Assembly (NCBI GenBank): GCA_964016885.1
Contig: OZ024749.1
Coordinates: 15,562,001-15,626,000, forward strand
DNA from: Eledone cirrhosa
Lineage: Eukaryota
Direction of reading: 5' to 3'
Length of the DNA stretch: 64,000 nt
The translations under genes and the position numbers were made by a program. Position 1 is the first letter of the stretch. Each line of letters starts with the position of its first letter. Positions 41,301-57,826 of this stretch are shown here, one piece after another. The notes beneath the pieces are model-generated. The model was not told the origin of the DNA. It worked only from the letters and a program-made list of their open reading frames with translations, and made no database searches.

Positions 41301-44300
41301 ACCACTACATGGCTCTTGGGTAGAGTCCACTGTTGTCCCGTTTAACACCACTACATGGCTCTTGGGTAGAGTCCACTGTTGTCCAGTTTAACTCCACTAC
41401 ATGGCTCTTGGGTAGAGTCCACTGTTGTCCAGTTTAACTCCACTACATGGCTCTTGGGTAGAGTCCACTGTTGTCCAGTTTAACACCACTATATAGTTCC
41501 TGGATAGAGTCCAATCTGTTGTCCAGTTTAACACCACTATATAGCTCCTGGGTAGAGTACACTCTGTTGTCCAGTTTAATACCACTACATGGCTCTTGGG
41601 TAAACTCCACTCTGTTCAGTTTAACACCACTATATAGCTCCTGGGTAGAGTCCAATCTGTTGTCCAATTTAACACCACTATATGGCTCCTGGTAGAGTCC
41701 ACTCTGTTGTTCAGTTTAACACCACTATATAGTTCCTGGGTAGAGTCCAATCTGTTGTCCAGTTTAACACCACTATATGGCTCTTGGGTAGAGTCCACTC
41801 TGTTGTCCAGTTTAACACCAATACATGGCCCTTGGGTATTTTTGGTAGAGTCTATAATGTTGCAAGCATTCAGATCAAGTCTTCAGTTAGAAGACACCTC
41901 CCTGCCTCATTTTTCCATTCCTCCTCTTTTTCAGGGGTGGGTGGGTGAAGTGGGGGCTGACACAGCCCTTCTCTCTGACTTATCAGTAAAAAAAATAAAT
42001 CAAATAAATATATAGATAAATATTTTTTTTTTGTTACCATGGATATTTCAGACAGCAAAATCCATCATACTTTGAAAAGTACAATTTTACGAAAAAATGA
42101 GGACGGCGCTTTCGCATACCAGAATGTCGGAGAAATAAACCCATCTGTGACACTATCAAAATGTCTGATCGAAGAGAATGGTGTAAAGATTTTAAATATG
42201 ACTTCTGTTCCTGTGGTGGACATTTATTTACAGAACACCAAAATGATGTCCTTTGCCAATAACTTCCTGCTTCGAAACAGAGGTGGGACCGCAATATCTC
42301 TGCACACCAATTCTTTTGCCACAGCTATCGAGGCCAATATCACAAATAACTTTTTCATGTCTGGTACTCATGGTACCAATCTAGCAGTTGCTGGCCACAA
42401 CTACCAAAAAGTGCTTCTCTACGAGAATTATTTTTTCAATAATTCGGTCGGTGATGATCAGGACATTGTTCAACTGAATGAAGTTACAACCAACTTTACA
42501 TCAAATTTCTTTCACAACAATACAGCATACAGTATTCTGTCTATCTTTGCCCTGGAAATGGTCTCGTCACTACACATGTACACAAGGAGTGCCTTCACAA
42601 AAAACAATGCTACAGCCCTTTATGAAAGCACCATTAAGATCCACAGTGGTAAACCTGTCTTTCACAATAACTATTTTGTCAACCCAGAGAATTTGTATGA
42701 ACTTGAAGCAAACCCTATCACCAAGTAAGTTAAGATTTTTTTTAACATTTAATTTTGTGACTGTCAGCCCTGAATTCCTAACACAATTATGTTTGATGAC
42801 ATCTCACAAACCTGGTATTCAAGTATCAACAATATGTGACTATATCACACCATCCCAGTACCAACTATATGTGACTATATCCCACCATCCCAGTACCCAC
42901 AATATGTGACTATATCCCAACATCCCAGTACCCACAATATGTGACTATATCCCACCATCCCAGTACCAACACTATGTGACTATATCCCACCATTCCAGTA
43001 CCAACAATATGTGACTATATCCCACCACCCCAGTACCCACAATATGTGACTATATCCCACCATCCCAGTACCCACAATATGTGACTATATCCCACCATTC
43101 CAGTACCAACAATATGTGACTATATCCCACCATCCCAGTACCAACACTATGTGACTATATCCCACCATTCCAGTACCAACTATATGTGACTATATCCCAC
43201 CATCCCAGTACCAACACTATGTGACTATATCCCACCATTCCAGTACCAACAATATGTGACTATATCCCACCATCCCAGTACCCACAATATGTGACTATAT
43301 CCCACCATCCCAGTACCAACACTATGTGACTATATCCCACCATTCCAGTACCAACTATATGTGACTATATCCCACCATCCCAGTACCAACACTATGTGAC
43401 TATATCCCACCATTCCAGTACCAACAATATGTGACTATATCCCACCATCCCAGTACCCACAATATGTGACTATATCCCACCATCCCAGTACCCACAATAT
43501 GTGACTATATCCCACCATCCCAGTACCCACAATATGTGACTATATCCCACCATCCCAGTACCCACAATATGTGACTATATCCCACCATCCCAGTACCAAC
43601 ACTATGTGACTATATCCCACCATTCCAGTACCAACTATATGTGACTATATCCCACCATCCCAGTACCAACACTATGTGACTATATCCCACCATTCCAGTA
43701 CCAACAATATGTGACTATATCCCACCATCCCAGTACCAACACTATGTGACTATATCCCACCATTCCAGTACCAACTATATGTGACTATATCCCACCATCC
43801 CAGTACCAACACTATGTGACTATATCCCACCATTCCAGTACCAACAATATGTGACTATATCCCACCATCCCAGTACCCACAATATGTGACTATATCCCAC
43901 CATCCCAGTACCCACAATATGTGACTATATCCCACCATCCCAGTACCCACAATATGTGACTATATCCCACCATCCCAGTACCCACAATATGTGACTATAT
44001 CCCACCATCCCAGTACCAACACTATGTGACTATATCCCACCATTCCAGTACCAACTATATGTGACTATATCCCACCATCCCAGTACCAACACTATGTGAC
44101 TATATCCCACCATTCCAGTACCAACAATATGTGACTATATCCCACCATCCCAGTACCCACAATATGTGACTATATCCCACCATCCCAGTACCCACAATAT
44201 GTGACTATATCCCACCATCCCAGTACCCACAATATGTGACTATATCCCACCACCCCAGTACCCACAATATGTGACTATATCCCACCACCCCAGTACCCAC

Positions 44301-47300
44301 AATATGTGACTATATCCCACCACCCCAGTACCCACAATATGTGACTATATCCCACCATCCCAGTACCCACAATATGTGACTATATCCCCCCACCCCAGTA
44401 CCAACTATATGTGACTATATCCCACCATCCCAGTACCAACTATATGTGACTATATCCCACCCCCCCAGTACCAACTATATGTGACTATATCCCACCATCC
44501 CAGTACCCACAATATGTGACTATATCCCACCATCCCAGTACCAACAATATGTGACTATATCCCACCATCCCAGTACCCACAATGTGTGACTATATCCCAC
44601 CATCCCAGTACCCACAATGTGTGACTATATCCCACCATCCCAGTACCCACAATATGTGACTATATCCCACCATCCCAGTACCAACAATATGTGACTATAT
44701 CCCACCATCCCAGTACCCACAATGTGTGACTATATCCCACCATCCCAGTACCAACAATATGTGACTATATCCCACCATCCCAGTACCCACAATATGTGAC
44801 TATATCCCACCATCCCAGTACCCACAATATGTGACTATATCCCACCATCCCAGTACCCACAATGTGTGACTATATCCCACCATCCCAGTACCCACAATAT
44901 GTGACTATATCCCACCATCCCAGTACCCACAATATGTGACTATATCCCACCATCCCAGTACCAACAATATGTGACTATATCCCACCATCCCAGTACCCAC
45001 AATATGTGACTATATCCCACCATCCCAGTACCCACAATATGTGACTATATCCCACCATCCCAGTACCCACAATGTGTGACTATATCCCACCATCCCAGTA
45101 CCAACAATATGTGACTATATCCCACCATCCCAGTACCCACAATATGTGACTATATCCCACCATCCCAGTACCCACAATATGTGACTATATCCCACCATCC
45201 CAGTACCCACAATGTGTGACTATATCCCACCATCCCAGTACCCACAATATGTGACTATATCCCACCATCCCAGTACCCACAATATGTGACTATATCCCAC
45301 CATCCCAGTACCAACAATATGTGACTATATCCCACCATCCCAGTACCCACAATATGTGACTATATCCCACCATCCCAGTACCCACAATATGTGACTATAT
45401 CCCACCATCCCAGTACCCACAATGTGTGACTATATCCCACCATCCCAGTACCCACAATATGTGACTATATCCCACCATCCCAGTACCCACAATATGTGAC
45501 TATATCCCACCATCCCAGTACCCACAATGTGTGACTATATCCCACCATCCCAGTACCCACAATATGTGACTATATCCCACCATCCCAGTACCCACAATAT
45601 GTGACTATATCCCACCATCCCAGTACCCACAATATGTGACTATATCCCACCATCCCAGTACCCACAATGTGTGACTATATCCCACCATCCCAGTACCCAC
45701 AATGTGTGACTATATCCCACCATCCCAGTACCAACAATATGTGACTATATCCCACCATCCCAGTACCCACAATGTGTGACTATATCCCACCATCCCAGTA
45801 CCCACAATATGTGACTATATCCCACCATCCCAGTACCCACAATATGTGACTATATCCCACCATCCCAGTACCCACAATGTGTGACTATATCCCACCATCC
45901 CAGTACCCACAATGTGTGACTATATCCCACCATCCCAGTACCCACAATATGTGACTATATCCCACCACCCCAGTACCAACAATATGTGACTATATCCCAC
46001 CATCCCAGTACCAACAATATGTGACTATATCCCACCATCCCAGTACCCACAATATGTGACTATATCCCACCACCCCAGTACCAACAATATGTGACTATAT
46101 CCCACCATCCCAGTACCCACAATATGTGACTATATCCCACCATCCCAGTACCCACAATGTGTGACTATATCCCACCATCCCAGTACCAATATGTGACTAT
46201 ATCCCACCATCCCAGTACCAATATGTGACTATATCCCACCACCCCAGTACCCACAATATGTGACTATATCCCACCATCCCAGTACCAACAATATGTGACT
46301 ATATCCCACCATCCCAGTACCCACAATATGTGACTATATCCCACCATCCCAGTACCCACAATATGTGACTATATCCCACCACCCCAGTACCCACAATATG
46401 TGACTATATCCCACCATCCCAGTACCAACTATATGTGACTATATCCCACCATCCCAGTACCCACAATATGTGACTATATCCCACCATCCCAGTACCAACA
46501 ATATGTGACTATATCCCACCACCCCAGTACCAACAATATGTGACTATATCCCACCATCCCAGTACCAATATGTGACTATATCCCACCATCCCAGTACCCA
46601 CAATATGTGACTATATCCCACCATCCCAGTACCCACAATATGTGACTATATCCCACCATCCCAGTACCAATATGTGACTATATCCCACCATCCCAGTACC
46701 CACAATATGTGACTACATCCCACCATCCCAGTACCAACAATGTGTGACTATATCCCACCATCCCAGTACCCACAATATGTGACTATATCCCACCATCCCA
46801 GTACCCACAATATGTGACTATATCCCACCATCCCAGTACCAATATGTGACTATATCCCACCATCCCAGTACCCACAATATGTGACTACATCCCACCATCC
46901 CAGTACCAACAATGTGTGACTATATCCCACCATCCCAGTACCCACAATATGTGACTATATCCCACCATCCCAGTACCCACAATATGTGACTATATCCCAC
47001 CATCCCAGTACCAATATGTGACTATATCCCACCATCCCAGTACCCACAATATGTGACTACATCCCACCATCCCAGTACCAACAATGTGTGACTATATCCC
47101 ACCATCCCAGTACCCACAATATGTGACTATATCCCACCATCCCAGTACCCACAATATGTGACTACATCCCACCATCCCAGTACCAACAATGTGTGACTAT
47201 ATCCCACCATCCCAGTACCAACAATATGTGACTATATCCCACCATCCCAGTACCCACAATATGTGACTATATCCCACCATCCCAGTACCCACAATATGTG

Positions 47301-50300
47301 ACTATATCCCACCATCCCAGTACCCACAATATGTGACTATATCCCACCACCCCAGTACCAACAATATGTGACTATATCCCACCATCCCAGTACCCACAAT
47401 ATGTGACTATATCCCACCATCCCAGTACCCACAATATGTGACTATATCCCACCATCCCAGTACCCACAATATGTGACTATATCCCACCATCCCAGTACCC
47501 ACAATATGTGACTACATCCCACCATCCCAGTACCAACAATGTGTGACTATATCCCACCACCCCAGTACCAACTATATGTGACTATATCCCACCATACCAG
47601 TACCAACATGTGACTATATCCCACCATCCCAGTACCCACAATATGTGACTATATCCCACCATCCCAGTACCCACAATATGTGACTATATCCCACCATCCC
47701 AGTACCCACAATATGTGACTATATCCCACCACCCCAGTACCAACAATATGTGACTATATCCCACCATCCCAGTACCAATATGTGACTATATCCCACCATC
47801 CCAGTACCCACAATATGTGACTATATCCCACCATCCCAGTACCCACAATATGTGACTATATCCCACCATCCCAGTACCCACAATATGTGACTACATCCCA
47901 CCATCCCAGTACCAACAATGTGTGACTATATCCCACCATCCCAGTACCCACAATATGTGACTATATCCCACCATCCCAGTACCCACAATATGTGACTATA
48001 TCCCACCATCCCAGTACCCACAATATGTGACTATATCCCACCATCCCAGTACCCACAATATGTGACTATATCCCACCATCCCAGTACCCACAATATGTGA
48101 CTATATCCCACCACCCCAGTACCAACAATATGTGACTATATCCCACCATCCCAGTACCAATATGTGACTATATCCCACCATCCCAGTACCCACAATATGT
48201 GACTATATCCCACCATCCCAGTACCCACAATATGTGACTATATCCCACCACCCCAGTACCAACAATATGTGACTATATCCCACCATCCCAGTACCCACAA
48301 TATGTGACTATATCCCACCATCCCAGTACCCACAATATGTGACTATATCCCACCACCCCAGTACCCACAATATGTGACTATATCCCACCATCCCAGTACC
48401 AACAATATGTGACTATATCCCACCATCCCAGTACCCACAATGTGTGACTATATCCCACCATCCCAGTACCCACAATATGTGACTATATCCCACCATCCCA
48501 GTACCCACAATGTGTGACTATATCCCACCATCCCAGTACCAACAATATGTGACTATATCCCACCATCCCAGTACCAACAATATGTGACTATATCCCACCA
48601 TCCCAGTACCCACAATGTGTGACTATATCCCACCATCCCAGTACCCACAATATGTGACTATATCCCACCATCCCAGTACCCACAATGTGTGACTATATCC
48701 CACCATCCCAGTACCAACAATATGTGACTATATCCCACCATCCCAGTACCAATATGTGACTATATCCCACCATCCCAGTACCAACAATATGTGACTATAT
48801 CCCACCATCCCAGTACCCACAATGTGTGACTATATCCCACCATCCCAGTACCCACAATGTGTGACTATATCCCACCATCCCAGTACCCACAATGTGTGAC
48901 TATATCCCACCATCCCAGTACCAACAATATGTGACTATATCCCACCATCCCAGTACCAACAATATGTGACTATATCCCACCATCCCAGTACCCACAATGT
49001 GTGACTATATCCCACCATCCCAGTACCCACAATATGTGACTATATCCCACCATCCCAGTACCCACAATATGTGACTATATCCCACCATCCCAGTACCCAC
49101 AATGTGTGACTATATCCCACCATCCCAGTACCAACAATATGTGACTATATCCCACCATCCCAGTACCAACACTATGTGACTATATCCCACCATCCCAGTA
49201 CCCACAATGTGTGACTATATCCCACCATCCCAGTACCCACAATATGTGACTATATCCCACCATCCCAGTACCCACAATATGTGACTATATCCCACCATCC
49301 CAGTACCAACAATATGTGACTATATCCCACCATCCCAGTACCAACAATATGTGACTATATCCCACCATCCCAGTACCCACAATATGTGACTATATCCCAC
49401 CACCCCAGTACCCACAATATGTGACTATATCCCACCATCCCAGTACCCACAATATGTGACTATATCCCCCACCCCAGTACCAACTATATGTGACTATATC
49501 CCACCATCCCAGTACCCACAATATGTGACTATATCCCACCACCCCAGTACCCACAATATGTGACTATATCCCACCATCCCAGTACCCACAATATGTGACT
49601 ATATCCCACCATCCCAGTACCCACAATGTGTGACTATATCCCACCATCCCAGTACCCACAATATGTGACTATATCCCACCATCCCAGTACCCACAATGTG
49701 TGACTATATCCCACCATCCCAGTACCCACAATGTGTGACTATATCCCACCATCCCAGTACCAACAATATGTGACTATATCCCACCATCCCAGTACCAACA
49801 ATATGTGACTATATCCCACCATCCCAGTACCCACAATATGTGACTATATCCCACCACCCCAGTACCCACAATATGTGACTATATCCCACCATCCCAGTAC
49901 CCACAATATGTGACTATATCCCCCACCCCAGTACCAACTATATGTGACTATATCCCACCATTCCAGTACCAACAATATGTGACTATATCCCACCATCCCA
50001 GTACCAATATGTGACTATATCCCACCACCCCAGTACACACAATATGTGACTATATCCCACCACCCCCAGTACACACAATATGTGACTATATCCCACCACC
50101 CCAGTACCCACAATATGTGACTATATCCCACCACCCCAGTACCAACAATATGTGACTATATCCCACCATCCCAGTACCCACAATATGTGACTATATCCCA
50201 CCATCCCAGTACCCACAATATGTGACTATATCCCACCACCCCAGTACCAACTATATGTGACTATATCCCACCATCCCAGTACCCACAATATGTGACTATA

Positions 50301-53300
50301 TCCCACCATCCCAGTACCCACAATATGTGACTATATCCCACCACCCCAGTACCCACAATATGTGACTATATCCCACCATCCCAGTACCCACAATATGTGA
50401 CTATATCCCACCATCCCAGTACCCACAATATGTGACTATATCCCACCACCCCAGTACCCACAATATGTGACTATATCCCACCATCCCAGTACCCACAATA
50501 TGTGACTATATCCCACCATCCCAGTACCCACAATATGTGACTATACCCCACCATCCCAGTACCAACAATATGTGACTATACCCCACCATCCCAGTACCCA
50601 CAATATGTGACTATATCCCACCATCCCAGTACCAATGTGTGACTATATCCCACCATCCCAGTACCAACTATATGTGACTATATCCCACCATTCCAGTACC
50701 AACAATATGTGACTATATCCCACCATCCCAGTACCCACAATATGTGACTATACCCCACCACCCCAGTACCAACTATATGTGACTATATCCCACCATCCCA
50801 GTACCAATGTGTGACTATATCCCACCATCCCAGTACCAACTATATGTGACTATATCCCACCACCCCAGTACCAACAATATGTGACTATATCCCACCATCC
50901 CAGTACCCACAATATGTGACTATATCCCACCACCCCAGTACCAACAATATGTGACTATATCCCACCATCCCAGTACCCACAATATGTGACTATATCCCAC
51001 CATCCCAGTACCAACAATATGTGACTATATCCCACCATCCCAGTACCCACAATGTGTGACTATATCCCACCATCCCAGTACCCACAATATGTGACTATAT
51101 CCCACCATCCCAGTACCCACAATGTGTGACTATATCCCACCATCCCAGTACCAACAATATGTGACTATATCCCACCATCCCAGTACCAACAATATGTGAC
51201 TATATCCCACCATCCCAGTACCCACAATATGTGACTATATCCCACCACCCCAGTACCCACAATATGTGACTATATCCCACCATCCCAGTACCCACAATAT
51301 GTGACTATATCCCACCATCCCAGTACCCACAATATGTGACTATATCCCACCATCCCAGTACCCACAATATGTGACTATATCCCACCATCCCAGTACCCAC
51401 AATATGTGACTATATCCCACCATCCCAGTACCCACAATATGTGACTATATCCCCCACCCCAGTACCAACTATATGTGACTATATCCCACCATTCCAGTAC
51501 CAACAATATGTGACTATATCCCACCATCCCAGTACCAATATGTGACTATATCCCACCACCCCAGTACACACAATATGTGACTATATCCCACCACCCCCAG
51601 TACACACAATATGTGACTATATCCCACCACCCCAGTACACACAATATGTGACTATATCCCACCACCCCAGTACCCACAATATGTGACTATATCCCACCAT
51701 CCCAGTACCCACAATATGTGACTATATCCCACCATCCCAGTACCCACAATATGTGACTATATCCCACCATCCCAGTACCCACAATATGTGACTATATCCC
51801 ACCATCCCAGTACCCACAATATGTGACTATATCCCACCATCCCAGTACCCACAATATGTGACTATATCCCACCATCCCAGTACCCACAATATGTGACTAT
51901 ACCCCACCATCCCAGTACCAACAATATGTGACTATACCCCACCATCCCAGTACCAACTATATGTGACTATATCCCACCATCCCAGTACCAATGTGTGACT
52001 ATATCCCACCATCCCAGTACCAACTATATGTGACTATATCCCACCATTCCAGTACCAACAATATGTGACTATATCCCACCATCCCAGTACCCACAATGTG
52101 TGACTATATCCCACCATCCCAGTACCAACAATATGTGACTATATCCCACCATCCCAGTACCAACTATATGTGACTATATCCCACCATCCCAGTACCAACA
52201 ATATGTGACTATATCCCACCACCCCAGTACCAACAATATGTGACTATATCCCACCATCCCAGTACCCACAATATGTGACTATATCCCACCACCCCAGTAC
52301 CAACAATATGTGACTATATCCCACCATCCCAGTACCCACAATATGTGACTATATCCCACCATCCCAGTACCAACAATATGTGACTATATCCCACCACCCC
52401 AGTACCAACAATATGTGACTATATCCCACCATCCCAGTACCAACAATATGTGACTATATCCCACCACCCCAGTACCCACAATATGTGACTATATCCCACC
52501 ACCCCAGTACCAACAATATGTGACTATATCCCACCATCCCAGTACCAATATGTGACTATATCCCACCATCCCAGTACCAACAATATGTGACTATATCCCA
52601 CCATCCCAGTACCAACAATATGTGACTATATCCCACCACCCCAGTACCAACACTATGTGACTATATCCCACCACCCCAGTACCAACAATATGTGACTATA
52701 TCCCACCATCCCAGTACCCACAATATGTGACTATATCCCACCATCCCAGTACCCACAATATGTGACTATATCCCACCATCCCAGTACTAATATGTGACTA
52801 TATCCCACCATCCCAGTACCAACAATATGTGACTATATCCCACCATCCCAGTACCAACAATATGTGACTATATCCCACCACCCCAGTACCCACAATATGT
52901 GACTATATCCCACCACCCCAGTACCAACAATATGTGACTATATCCCACCATCCCAGTACCAACAATATGTGACTATATCCCACCATCCCAGTACCAATAT
53001 GTGACTATATCCCACCATCCCAGTACCCACAATATGTGACTATATCCCACCATCCCAGTACCAATATGTGACTATATCCCACCATCCCAGTACCAACAAT
53101 ATGTGACTATATCCCACCATCCCAGTACCAATATGTGACTATATCCCACCATCCCAGTACCCACAATATGTGACTATATCCCACCATCCCAGTACCAATA
53201 TGTGACTATATCCCACCACCCCAGTACCAACAATATGTGACTATATCCCACCATCCCAGTACCCACAATATGTGACTATATCCCACCACCCCAGTACACA

Positions 53301-56300
53301 CAATATGTGACTATATCCCACCATCCCAGTACCCACAATATGTGACTATATCCCACCACCCCAGTACCCACAATATGTGACTATATCCCACCATCCCAGT
53401 ACCCACAATATGTGACTATATCCCACCACCCCAGTACACACAATATGTGACTATATCCCACCACCCCCAGTACACACAATATGTGACTATATCCCACCAC
53501 CCCCAGTACACACAATATGTGACTATATCCCACCACCCCAGTACCCACAATATGTGACTATATCCCACCATCCCAGTACCCACAATATGTGACTATATCC
53601 CAACATCCCAGTACCCACAATATGTGACTATACCCCACCATCCCAGTACCAACAATGTGTGACTATATCCCACCATCCCAGTACCAACAATATGTGACTA
53701 TATCCCACCATCCCAGTACCCACAATGTGTGACTATATCCCACCATCCCAGTACCAACAATATGTGACTATATCCCACCATCCCAGTACCAATATGTGAC
53801 TATATCCCACCATCCCAGTACCCACAATATGTGACTATATCACACCATCCCAGTACCCACAATATGTGACTATATCCCACCATCCCAGTACTAATATGTG
53901 ACTATATCCCACTTATCCCAGTACCCACAATATGTGACTATATCCCACCATCCCAGTACCCACAATATGTGACTATATCCCACCATCCCAGTACCCACAA
54001 TATGTGACTATATCCCACCACCCCAGTACCAACAATATGTGACTATATCCCACCATCCCAGTACCAATATGTGACTATATCCCACCATCCCAGTACCCAC
54101 AATATGTGACTATATCCCACCATCCCAGTACCCACAAAATGTGACTATATCCCACCATCCCAGTACCAATGTGTGACTATATCCCACCATCCCAGTACCA
54201 ATATGTGACTATATCCCACCATCCCAGTACCCACAATATGTGACTATATCCCACCATCCCAGTACCCACAATATGTGACTACATCCCACCATCCCAGTAC
54301 CCACAATATGTGACTATATCCCACCATCCCAGTACCCACAATATGTGACTATATTCCACCATCCCAGTACCCACAATATGTGACTATATCCCACCATCCC
54401 AGTAACAATATGTGACTAAATCCCACCATCCCAGTAACAATATGTGACTATATCCCACCACCCCAGTACCAACACTATGTGACTATATCCCACCACCCCA
54501 GTACCAACAATATGTGACTATATCCCACCATCCCAGTACCCACAATATGTGACTATATCCCACCATCCCAGTACCCACAATATGTGACTATATCCCACCA
54601 CCCCACTACCAACAATATGTGACTATATCCCACCATCCCAGTACCCACAATATGTGACTATATCTTAAGATGCCGTGTTTGATTCCCTTGGGCGAGGCAC
54701 TTCATTTCCCTTTGTTTAACTTGATTCAGCTAAAAACAAATACTAACGGTAACTGAGCTAACCCTGCAATAGACTAGCATTCTATCCAGGGGAGAGAAGG
54801 GATCTTTTCCTCTCAGCTGCTCAACACCCATGAAACTGGGATAATCTCTGGGTTTTGTCCAAACTGTACAGAGCATGGAAAAACGGACATAAAACTCCCT
54901 AAGAATTCGTATAGAATTATTTTTTAATGAAATCTTCAATCTTATTTTAATTTTTCCAGGTTCAGTGGAAGTAAGGAACCTATTGATGCCCGAGAGAATT
55001 GGTGGGGTTTCCGGGAGCAGTACTTCATTGCTGCTAAGATACGGGATGCTGCTAATGACAAAACTCTGGTCCCTATTGATTATAAACCTTACAAAGTATC
55101 TCCACCTGTTGATGGTATGTATATATGTGTTGTTGTTGTTGATGTTGTAGTTGTTACAGTTCACACCTGTGTAAGTTTAATCAGCCTCTTACGAGGTTCC
55201 ATCTCAGATGGAGGTTGATCAAATGTCTTAACCCTTTAGCATTCACATTACTCTATATATACTATTGTATTTTCATGGTAAAGGCTTTACCTCACATAGC
55301 ATTCACATTACTCTATATATACTATTGTATTTTCATGGTAAAGGCTTTACCTCACATAACATTCACATTACTCTATATATACTATTGTATTTTCATGGTA
55401 AAGGCTTTACCTCTCATAACATTCACATTACTCTATATATACTATTGTATTTTCATGGTAAAGGCTTTACCTCACATAACATTTACATTACACTATATAT
55501 ACTATTATATTTTCATGGTAAAGGCTTTACCTCACATAACATTCACATTACTCTATATATACTATTGTATTTTCATGGTAAAGGCTTTACCTCTCATAAC
55601 ATTCAGATTACTCTATATATACTATTGTATTTTCATGGTAAAGGCTTTACCTCACATAACATTCACATTACTCTATATATACTATTATATTTTCATGGTA
55701 AAGGCTTTACCTCACATAACATTCACATTACTCTATATATACTATTATATTTTCATGGTAAAGGCATGATTATCGCATAATTATCTCGCATAATATTGAA
55801 TCTATGAGATTTTGAAAGTATTTATTTTGAGAACAATACCTTAACATCAGTTTGAGCGACCAGTTACAGCCAGTTTCAACAGAAAGAGGTAGAGAATTCT
55901 GGCAGGTTTGAACACTAAAGGGTTAAGAACACTTTTTAAAAATTTGATTTTTTTTTTCTTTGTGGCACATTAAGTTTTGTGTGTAACACAACATTAAAGA
56001 AATTATTAATAAAGAATTAAATATCCCCAGTCACATGATACCAGTCACATGTCTAATTGTACAGAGTTGTCACATGACAAATAAAAAAAAATATATATAT
56101 ATATATATATCATTATCACCATCGTTTAACGTCTATTTTCCATGCTAGCATGGGTTGGACGGTTTTGTCCCACTTGAGGCAAGATTGGTCGGGAGACCGT
56201 GTCTCACTCGTACAGAACTGTTTCTGGCAGGTTTTCAACGTCTGGATGCCCTTCCTAACACCAACCACATTTACAGTGTGGACTGGGAGCCTTTTTACCG

Positions 56301-57774
56301 TGTTACCTACACGACTACTTTACAGTGTGAACTGGGTGCTTTTTGTTGTGACACCTACATGACCACTTTACATATATATATATATATCGACAGTTGATTG
56401 ACTTTCATATATATATATATGTATATATATATAGAATAGAAAACGAAAAATCAGTGATGCATCAGAACTCAATTTATTGTGTGTTACAATTGTTTCCCCG
56501 GCGGACAGCTTGAGACGCGACCATTGTGTGGATCTGTCTGACTCTGGATCCGCAGGTTCGACGGACACGTCTAAATCATTAGACGTGTCCGTCGAACCTG
56601 CCGGGGAAACAATTTTAACACACAATAAATTGAGTTCAGATGCATTACTGATTTTTCGTTTTCTATTCTATCATACTCTGCTCTGTAAGAGCATAGAGTG
56701 CTCAACTGGCATACCGCCTATGGAAGCATCTTAGCTACCATCAGACCCACATATATCATCATCATCGTTTAGCATCCATCTTCCACGCTAGCAAGGGTTT
56801 GGACGGGAATTTTCCCACTTGAGGCAAGATTGGTTGTCTTGGTCGTATAGGACTGTCTGGCGGGTTTTCTATGGCTGGATGCCCTTCCTAACACCAACCA
56901 CGTTTACAGTGTGGACTGGGAGGTTTTTACCGTGTTACCTACACGGCCACATTACAACATGGACTGCGTTTTTTTTTGTCGTGACACCTACACGACCTCA
57001 TTTATTTAGGACTGGATGTTGTGGTACCAACATAACTTTACATCGAAGGGGGTGGTGGGATGGGGGGGGGTAGTGAGACGGGGGTGTATTTTGGTAAGGT
57101 GCCTACTGACTGTAGGTTTCGCTTTGCACTTAGGCAAGGTGGGTCTTCTGTATTACTGCGTAGTGCCAAAGATCTCAGTCCAGTGACATTGTCTTGGAGA
57201 GGTGTAAGTGTGTGAAGTCGGAATTTATCAAGTTGTCGCAGGTTTTCATATATATATATACACACAGTTAATAAATGAAACAAACAAAACACATGAGGCG
57301 ATTTTACATAGTTATATTAGGTTCACGTTTTGGAAAGAATGCCTTATATATATTTTCATCATCATTTTATGTCCGCTTTTCCCTGCTTGCAAGGGTGGGA
57401 CAGGAACTGATTCTGGCTTGATTTCTACAGCTAGATGCCCTTCCAAACACCAACCTCATTTTTACAGTGAGTGCTGGGTGCTTTTTTTCCGTGGCACCTC
57501 CACGTCCACTTTACAGTGAGTGCTGGGTGCTTTTTTTTCATGGCACCTACGTGTCCACTTTACAGTGTGGGCTGGGTGCTTTTTTGCCGTGGCACTTCCA
57601 CAACCACTTTGCAGTGGAATGATATGGACCCCAGTCCTTATCATCTCATTTCTACAGCTGAGTAAACTGGAGCAATGTGAAATAGAGTGTCTTGCTCAAG
57701 GAAACAACACATCACCCGGTCTGAGAATTGAACTCACAACCTTTCGATTGCAAGCCTAACCACTAAGCCATGTG

Positions 57775-57826
<52 letters not shown>

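Noticed and set aside
42830-54665. CRISPR-like array of 35-bp repeats (also the 55-, 50- and 46-bp arrays)
   Set aside because: Units are contiguous with no unique spacers, there are no cas genes, and the context is a eukaryotic intron.
55215-55780. Hydrophobic repeat ORFs
   Set aside because: 60-bp tandem array inside a piggyBac MITE.
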